Shown here: positions 58,541 through 64,000 of the stretch, piece by piece
How the letters are laid out: every line of letters begins with the position of its first letter
Numbering within the stretch: the first letter of the stretch is position 1
DNA from: Intrasporangiaceae bacterium
GTDB lineage: Bacteria > Actinomycetota > Actinomycetes > Actinomycetales > Dermatophilaceae
Assembly: GCA_012838445.1 (NCBI GenBank)
Contig: DUPF01000277.1
Coordinates: forward strand, 63 to 64,062
Direction: 5' to 3'
Length of the DNA: 64,000 nucleotides
Program-made: the position numbers and the translations under genes
Notes under the pieces: model-generated
Databases searched by the model: none
Seen by the model: only the letters and a program-made list of their open reading frames with translations
Told to the model about the DNA's origin: nothing

Positions 58541-60232
58541 TCAGGAGCCGGAATCGGCCAGCAACTCCCGGGCATGCTCACGGGCCGTGGCGCTGACGGA
58601 TCCGGCGAGCAGCCGGGCGATCTCGTCCACGCGCTCGGTGCCCTCGACCACGGTGACATCGCTCGCGGTGACGGCGCCGTCGGTCGTCTTGGCGACGACG
58701 AGATGGTGGTCGGCGTAGGCAGCGACCTGCGCCAGGTGGGTGACGACGATGACCTGCGTGTGCCGTGCCAACTCGGCGAGGCGGGCGCCGACATCACGGG
58801 CCGCGGCCCCGCCGACACCGGCGTCGACCTCGTCGAAGACGAAGATCGGCACCTCCGGTCCGTGCTCCCCGGCGCCGAGGGCGACCTCGAGTGCGAGCAT
58901 GACCCGGGAGAGTTCACCGCCGGAGGCGGCGCGGGTGATCGAGCGTCCCGGGGCGCCGGGGTTGGCGGCGAGAACGATCGCGACGCTGTCGGCACCGGTC
59001 GGTCCGGGGGGTGCGGGCGAGACCTCGACGGTGACGACGGCGTCGCCCATCGCGAGGCGGGACAACTCATCGGTGACCCGCTCCCCGAGGCGGCCGGCCG
59101 CCTCGGTGCGGGCGGCGGTCAGGGCTGCGGCGACATCGGCATGCCGGGCCCGCAGCTCATCCGCCTCCTGCTCGAGTTCGGCGATCCGGTCATCGGAACT
59201 GCTCAGTTCGGCGTGCCGCTGCGCCGCTTCCTCGGCCCAGGCGAGCACGTCGTCGAGCCCGGGTCCGTATCGTCGCATCAGGGCGGTCAGGTCGGCTCGT
59301 CGCTCCTGGACGAAGGCGAGACGGGCCGGGTCGAGTTCGATGTCGGCCGCGTACCGGCTGACATCGGCGGCCAGGTCGACGGTGAGGTGGGCGATCTCGA
59401 CGAGCCGTTCGGCGAGGTCCTGGGCCGAGCTGTCCAGGTCGGCGACCGCGTCCAGCGCGCCTCGGGCCCGGGCGAGCAGGGTGAGCATGGACAGGTCGTT
59501 CGGTCCGTCGTCGTCGGTGCCGGCCATCGCGGTGTGGGCGGTGGCGATGTGCTGACGCAGTTCGTCGGCGTGGCTGAGCCGTTCGTCCTCGATCCGCAGC
59601 GTCTCGTCCTCACCGGCCTGCGGCGCGACCTGCTCGATCTGTTCCAGGCCGGCCTGCAGACCCTCGAGCTCGACCACCCGGTCGCGCGCCTGGGAACGCA
59701 GTCGGTGCAGCGTCTGCTGGACCTCCTGGAGCCGGTCCCACACCTGGGTGTATGCGGTGCTCGCCTCCGTGATCGCCGCACCGCCGAACCGGTCCAGGAC
59801 CTGACGGTGCTGGTCGGGGTCGCGCAGGCGCCACTGGTCGGCCTGACCGTGGACGGCCAGGAGGTGTTCACCGACGTCGGCGAGGACTCCGACGGGTGCG
59901 GATCGGCCACCGACGTAGGCCCGTGAGCGGCCCTCGGCGGAGACGGTGCGGGCCAGGACGAGCCCGTCACTGACGGTGCCGCCGGCGTCGATGACCCGCT
60001 GCGCTGCCGGGTGGTCCGCGTCGATCTCGACCAGCCCCTCGACCTGGGCCGCTGCGGCGCCGGCCCGCACGAGCGTGCTGTCGCCGCGGGCGCCGAAGAG
60101 CAGGAGCAGGCCGCTGACGACCATCGTCTTGCCGGCACCGGTCTCGCCGGTGACGACGTTCAGGCCCCGGTGGAGCGGCAGGGTGGCTTCGTCGATGACG
60201 CCCAGTCCGGCCAGCCGCAGCTCAGCCAGCAC
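58541..60232 (-). CDS. recN: DNA repair protein RecN
   Basis: TGETGAGKT, HGQ, ASGGELSR, FDEVDAGVGG, VTHLAQVA. Confidence 0.97.
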   Translation of the reverse strand: MLAELRLAGLGVIDEATLPLHRGLNVVTGETGAGKTMVVSGLLLLFGARGDSTLVRAGAAAAQVEGLVEIDADHPAAQRVIDAGGTVSDGLVLARTVSAEGRSRAYVGGRSAPVGVLADVGEHLLAVHGQADQWRLRDPDQHRQVLDRFGGAAITEASTAYTQVWDRLQEVQQTLHRLRSQARDRVVELEGLQAGLEQIEQVAPQAGEDETLRIEDERLSHADELRQHIATAHTAMAGTDDDGPNDLSMLTLLARARGALDAVADLDSSAQDLAERLVEIAHLTVDLAADVSRYAADIELDPARLAFVQERRADLTALMRRYGPGLDDVLAWAEEAAQRHAELSSSDDRIAELEQEADELRARHADVAAALTAARTEAAGRLGERVTDELSRLAMGDAVVTVEVSPAPPGPTGADSVAIVLAANPGAPGRSITRAASGGELSRVMLALEVALGAGEHGPEVPIFVFDEVDAGVGGAAARDVGARLAELARHTQVIVVTHLAQVAAYADHHLVVAKTTDGAVTASDVTVVEGTERVDEIARLLAGSVSATAREHARELLADSGS

Positions 60233-61145
60233 TGGACCGTCCTCGGCCCCGCCAGCCGTGCACGGACAGGTCGAACTTCGCGACGAGGCGGTCGGTGAAC
60301 GGTGCGGCCGACAGCCGGGCGAAGCGGACCGGTTCCGGGGAGCGGTGCACCTCGAGGCGGGCCCCGCGCGGCAGGTCGGTGGTGCGTCGCCCGTCGGCCC
60401 ACAGCACGCCGGTGCCCTCGTTGTCGGCGATGACCTCGATCGCGAGCGTCGAGGCCGGTCCGACGACGAGCGGTCGGGCGAAGAGGGCGTGGGCGCTCAG
60501 CGGCACGAGGAGCAGCGCCTCGACGTCGGGCCAGACGACGGGTCCGCCGGCCGAGAAGGCATAGGCGGTCGAGCCGGTGGGGGTGGCGACGACGACCCCG
60601 TCGCAGGCCCAGGTCGACAACGGCCGGTTGTCGACCTCGACGGTCAGTTCGAGCATGCGTTCCCGGGCGGCCTTTTCGATGCTGATCTCGTTCAGGGCCC
60701 AGCCTTCGTAGAAGACCACGCCGTCCTTGAGCCCGACGACGTCGAGGGCGACGCGGTGTTCGACGGTGTAGTCGCGGGCCGCGATCCGGTCCACGGTCGC
60801 ATCGAGTTCCTCGCGCTCTGCCTCGGCGAGGAATCCGACATGCCCGAGGTTGACCCCGAGGAGCGGCACCCCGCTGCCGCGGGACAGTTCCGCACCCCAG
60901 AGCAGGGTGCCGTCGCCGCCGAGGACACAGACGACTTCACAGCCCTGCGCCGGGGCGTGCTCGTCGGCGATGTCGACGGCAGGGTGGTCGGTCAGGGCGA
61001 GCCGGTCGGCCTCGCCGGCGAGCAGGACCCCGCGCATCCCGTCGACGTGGAGCCGGTCGAGGACGACCCGGGCCAACTCCGGGATGTCCCGGCGGCGGGG
61101 ATGCCCGAGGAGCAGGACGCGACGATCACCGGATTCGGGGGTCAT
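60222..61145 (-). CDS. nadK: NAD kinase
   Basis: GGDGT, GVNLGHVGFL, ALNE, TPTGSTAYAFSAGGP. Confidence 0.96.
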   Translation of the reverse strand: MTPESGDRRVLLLGHPRRRDIPELARVVLDRLHVDGMRGVLLAGEADRLALTDHPAVDIADEHAPAQGCEVVCVLGGDGTLLWGAELSRGSGVPLLGVNLGHVGFLAEAEREELDATVDRIAARDYTVEHRVALDVVGLKDGVVFYEGWALNEISIEKAARERMLELTVEVDNRPLSTWACDGVVVATPTGSTAYAFSAGGPVVWPDVEALLLVPLSAHALFARPLVVGPASTLAIEVIADNEGTGVLWADGRRTTDLPRGARLEVHRSPEPVRFARLSAAPFTDRLVAKFDLSVHGWRGRGRSSAG

Positions 61146-61996
61146 GCGCGGTTGCCTCCTTCGGGACGTCGGGCGCCCTCCTCGTCGAGCTGACCGAGGG
61201 TGCCCATCACAGCCTGCCATGTCGGTAGGGCCTGCGTTGCGTCAGGCCGGGTGAACCACGCGACATACTCGGTGTTGCCCTCCTGTCCCGGGGTGCGGCT
61301 GGTCACGATGGCCCGCAGCCCGATGCCCTCCTCGTGGGCGGACTGCACGACGGCGAGCACCGCGTCGGAGCGCCATCGTCCGGGGCGAACCACCCCGCGA
61401 CCGTCCAACCCGCGGCGCCCCACCTCGAACTGCGGCTTGATGAGGAGCAGCAGGTTCCCGCCGGGACGGACCAGGTCGACGAGGCGGCCCATGACCAGGC
61501 GTAGGGAGATGAAGCTGAGGTCGGCGACGAGCAGATCCACCGGGCCGTCCACGTCGTCGGGGGTCAGGTCCCGGACGTTGTGACCGGACAGATCCCGCAC
61601 CCGCGGATCGGAGGCGAGCAGCGGCGCGAGTTGTCCGTGGCCGACATCGACCGCGAGGACCTCGGCGGCCCCTCGGCTCAGGAGCACCTGGGTGAACCCA
61701 CCGGTGCAGGCGCCGATGTCCGCGGCTCGACGTCCACTGATCGCCGGTCCGCCCTCGGGCAGATCCGCCAACGCCCCGAGGAGTTTGCCGGCCGCCCGGG
61801 AGACCCACGAGGGGTCGAGGACGGTCGACCCGGCGGTGACGGCGATGGTGATGACGTCCCGATCGGTCACCGGACGCGACGGCCGGTTCGCGACCCGGTC
61901 GTTGACCCTGACGACGCCCTCGTCGATGAGGTCGCGGGCATGGCCACGGCTGCGGGCCAGACCACGGGTGACGAGGGCGGCGTCGAGTCGGGTCAC
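61142..61996 (-). CDS. tlyA: TlyA family rRNA 2'-O-methyltransferase
   Basis: S4 domain RLDAALV.RGL..SR, DIGA.TGGFT, DLSFISL, KPQFE, GN.EY. Confidence 0.95.
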   Translation of the reverse strand: MTRLDAALVTRGLARSRGHARDLIDEGVVRVNDRVANRPSRPVTDRDVITIAVTAGSTVLDPSWVSRAAGKLLGALADLPEGGPAISGRRAADIGACTGGFTQVLLSRGAAEVLAVDVGHGQLAPLLASDPRVRDLSGHNVRDLTPDDVDGPVDLLVADLSFISLRLVMGRLVDLVRPGGNLLLLIKPQFEVGRRGLDGRGVVRPGRWRSDAVLAVVQSAHEEGIGLRAIVTSRTPGQEGNTEYVAWFTRPDATQALPTWQAVMGTLGQLDEEGARRPEGGNRA

Positions 61997-62007
61997 CGCA
62001 CGTCAGA

Positions 62008-62286
62008 TCACTCGCCGAGGTCGGCCAGCCGGCCCTGCAGCGTGCGCTGCAGGGCTTCGGCCGCCTCGATCTGCCCATCCAGATCGGTGCCCTCGACTGC
62101 CGCCAGATCCTGCAGGGCCGCGTCGATGACGATGTCCCCGGTCGTGACGGAACTCAGGTCGGCATTGTCGTCCGACCCGCTCGGATGACCAGGTCCGACG
62201 GGGACAGCGGGTTCGCCAGCCTGCGCAGGGTCGACCGGATCCGTGGGTGGATTCGGGTCAGTGTGATCGACCGGTGTTTCGCTCAC
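62008..62286 (-). CDS. Small acidic hypothetical protein
   Basis: GTG overlaps the upstream stop; TGDIVIDAAL...LQGRL helix; sits in the operon before tlyA. Confidence 0.65.
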   Translation of the reverse strand: MSETPVDHTDPNPPTDPVDPAQAGEPAVPVGPGHPSGSDDNADLSSVTTGDIVIDAALQDLAAVEGTDLDGQIEAAEALQRTLQGRLADLGE

Positions 62287-63140
62287 GAGGAGGGTGCGGT
62301 GGATTTCGCCGCCGCAGTCTTCTTCGTCGCAGTCTTCTTGGCCGCCGCAGCCTTCTTCGTCGCAGTCTTCTTGGCCGCCGCAGTCTTCTTCGTCGCAGTC
62401 TTCTTCGCCGCGGTCTTTGTGGTGGTCTTCTTGGCCGCCGCAGCCTTCTTCGTCGCAGTCTTCTTGGTCGCCGCAGTCTTCTTGGTCGCAGCCTTGCTCG
62501 CGGTCGCCTTCTGCACCGTCGGCGCACTCGTCGCCGGCGCCTTCGTGGCGGGCACCTTCTTCGCAACCGGGGCCGACTTCTTGACGGTCGCGCGCTTGCC
62601 ACTGGCGCGGGCGGCGACGTCCTGCGCGGCCTTCTTTGCCGGGGCGGTTGCCGAGTCGAGCGCCTCACTCGTGGCGTGGCCGGCGTCGGCCATCAGCCGC
62701 AGCGCCTCATCGGCGACCGGTGCGGCAGCATCACTGACGCTCTTGGTGACTGAGGCTGCGGCCCCGCTGGCCTTGCCGGCTGCGGCAGCGACCCCGCTGG
62801 CCACCAGGCCGCGCAGTTCCTCGAGCTGCTTCTGCAACCGCTCGATGGTCTCCTTGGCCTGTCCCAACTCCGCCGACGTCCGGCTCTCCGCCTTGGCGAC
62901 GGCGTCCTCGACCTCCTTGCGGACGAGTTTGGTCAGGTTCTTGCGGTTCGCCTCGGCCGCCTCGAGCAGGTCATCGGCCATCCGGGCGACCTTCTTCTGC
63001 GCCTTCTTGCGCTTGGTGCTGCCCTCCAGTCCGGACAGCGCCAGGAGGTCGCCGGCCGCCTCCTTGGCCTTGGCGCGCGAGGTCTCCCCCAGGCCGGATG
63101 CGAGCTGAATGTACGCCTTGACCGAATCCATGCTCATCAT
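62283..63140 (-). CDS. Coiled-coil protein with Lys/Ala-rich histone-like tail
   Basis: GGAAGG SD; helical N-terminus; C-terminal KKTAT/KKAAAA repeats. Confidence 0.85.
   Translation of the reverse strand: MMSMDSVKAYIQLASGLGETSRAKAKEAAGDLLALSGLEGSTKRKKAQKKVARMADDLLEAAEANRKNLTKLVRKEVEDAVAKAESRTSAELGQAKETIERLQKQLEELRGLVASGVAAAAGKASGAAASVTKSVSDAAAPVADEALRLMADAGHATSEALDSATAPAKKAAQDVAARASGKRATVKKSAPVAKKVPATKAPATSAPTVQKATASKAATKKTAATKKTATKKAAAAKKTTTKTAAKKTATKKTAAAKKTATKKAAAAKKTATKKTAAAKSTAPSS
62308..62490 (-). repeat. Tandem repeats encoding AKKTAT units
   Basis: Repeated GCAGTCTTCTT / GCCGCCGCAG units of 15-18 bp. Confidence 0.85.
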
Positions 63141-63197
63141 GGTGCCTTCCTGTTCTCTGGTCAGCGGCCACTGTCGCAGTGACCGATTCATCCAACG

Positions 63198-64000
63198 CTA
63201 TCCCAGCGCACGTGGCGTGGACGTGGGAACCACGCCGGGCAATCCGCGCAGGTCATCGATGATGAGACTCGGTCGCTGGGCGGGGGTGGCGGTGCGCACC
63301 GCTGCACGATCGGCGACCCCGGTCAGCACGAGGACACTGGGCATGCCGGCCGCATTCGCCCCCTCGACGTCGGTGTCGAGCCGGTCGCCGACCGCGAGAA
63401 TCCTCGCCGGTTCGATGCCGAGCGAGTCGGAGGCAACGAGGTAGAGGTCGGGGGACGGCTTGCCGCACACGCGGTCCGGGGACCGGCCCGTCGCCAGTTC
63501 CACCGCCCGGATCAACGCGCCGTTGCCGGGTGCCAGGCCACGGTCGCTCGGCAAGGTCGTGTCGGTGTTCGTCGCCACCCACCAGGCCCCGGCGCGCACC
63601 GCATACGCCGCCTCTGCCAGATCCGCTGCACAGACGCGGGATCCGTATCCCTGGAGCACCGCATCGGCTCCGTCACTGCGGCTCGTCGTCTCCAGTCCGG
63701 CCTCCAGCAGAGCGTGATGGACCCCCTCCCCACCGATCGCGAGCACGCGCGCCCCCGGGAGGCGTTCGGCGATCGCAGCGGCCCCGGCCTGGGCACTGGT
63801 GATGACGTCCGCGGCCTTCACGTCGAGACCGAGGGAACGCAGGTGCTCGGCGACCGCATCCGGGGTTCGCGAGGCGTTGTTCGTGGCGTATCTGATCGGC
63901 ACCGTGACCGAGCGCAGGACCTCGACGGCGTGCGGCACCGCTGCCGGACCGCGATAGACGACGCCGTCGAGATCACAGACCAACGCTTCGATCGGGCCGA
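63198..64000 (-). CDS. HAD-IIA family hydrolase (5' end beyond window)
   Basis: DLDGVVY, TNNASR, ATNTD, GKP, VGDRLDTD; frame is open to the window end. Confidence 0.92.
   Translation of the reverse strand, partial: GPIEALVCDLDGVVYRGPAAVPHAVEVLRSVTVPIRYATNNASRTPDAVAEHLRSLGLDVKAADVITSAQAGAAAIAERLPGARVLAIGGEGVHHALLEAGLETTSRSDGADAVLQGYGSRVCAADLAEAAYAVRAGAWWVATNTDTTLPSDRGLAPGNGALIRAVELATGRSPDRVCGKPSPDLYLVASDSLGIEPARILAVGDRLDTDVEGANAAGMPSVLVLTGVADRAAVRTATPAQRPSLIIDDLRGLPGVVPTSTPRALG

Overview
High-GC actinobacterial chromosome segment (gene order and proteins resemble Micrococcales such as Intrasporangiaceae/Dermatophilaceae; the taxonomy is inferred). Most of it is minus-strand core genes: HAD-tlyA-nadK-recN-steAB-envelope cluster-pyrG-nudix, aspS, rarA, alaS-ruvX-mltG-aroECKB, efp-nusB, pyrRBC-carAB-pyrKDF, mihF-gmk-rpoZ-coaBC-metK-priA. 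Accessory content: a five-gene Ttr/Srd-type molybdoenzyme cluster (TorD-like chaperone, FeS subunit, NrfD anchor, Tat-exported catalytic subunit, extra polyferredoxin), a TPP-riboswitch thiamine ABC transporter, an arsR/arsM-acr3-arsC arsenic locus, a phospholipase D, a GNAT-Nudix fusion and a Tat lipoprotein. Non-coding signals include a PyrR binding loop, PafBC-type promoters at priA and rarA, many leaderless promoters, a possible CTP-sensing start-site switch at pyrG, a MIRU-like insert between pyrB and pyrC, and REP-like repeats. No rRNA, tRNA, CRISPR array, transposase or integrase was seen. All calls rest on motif recognition, not database searches.
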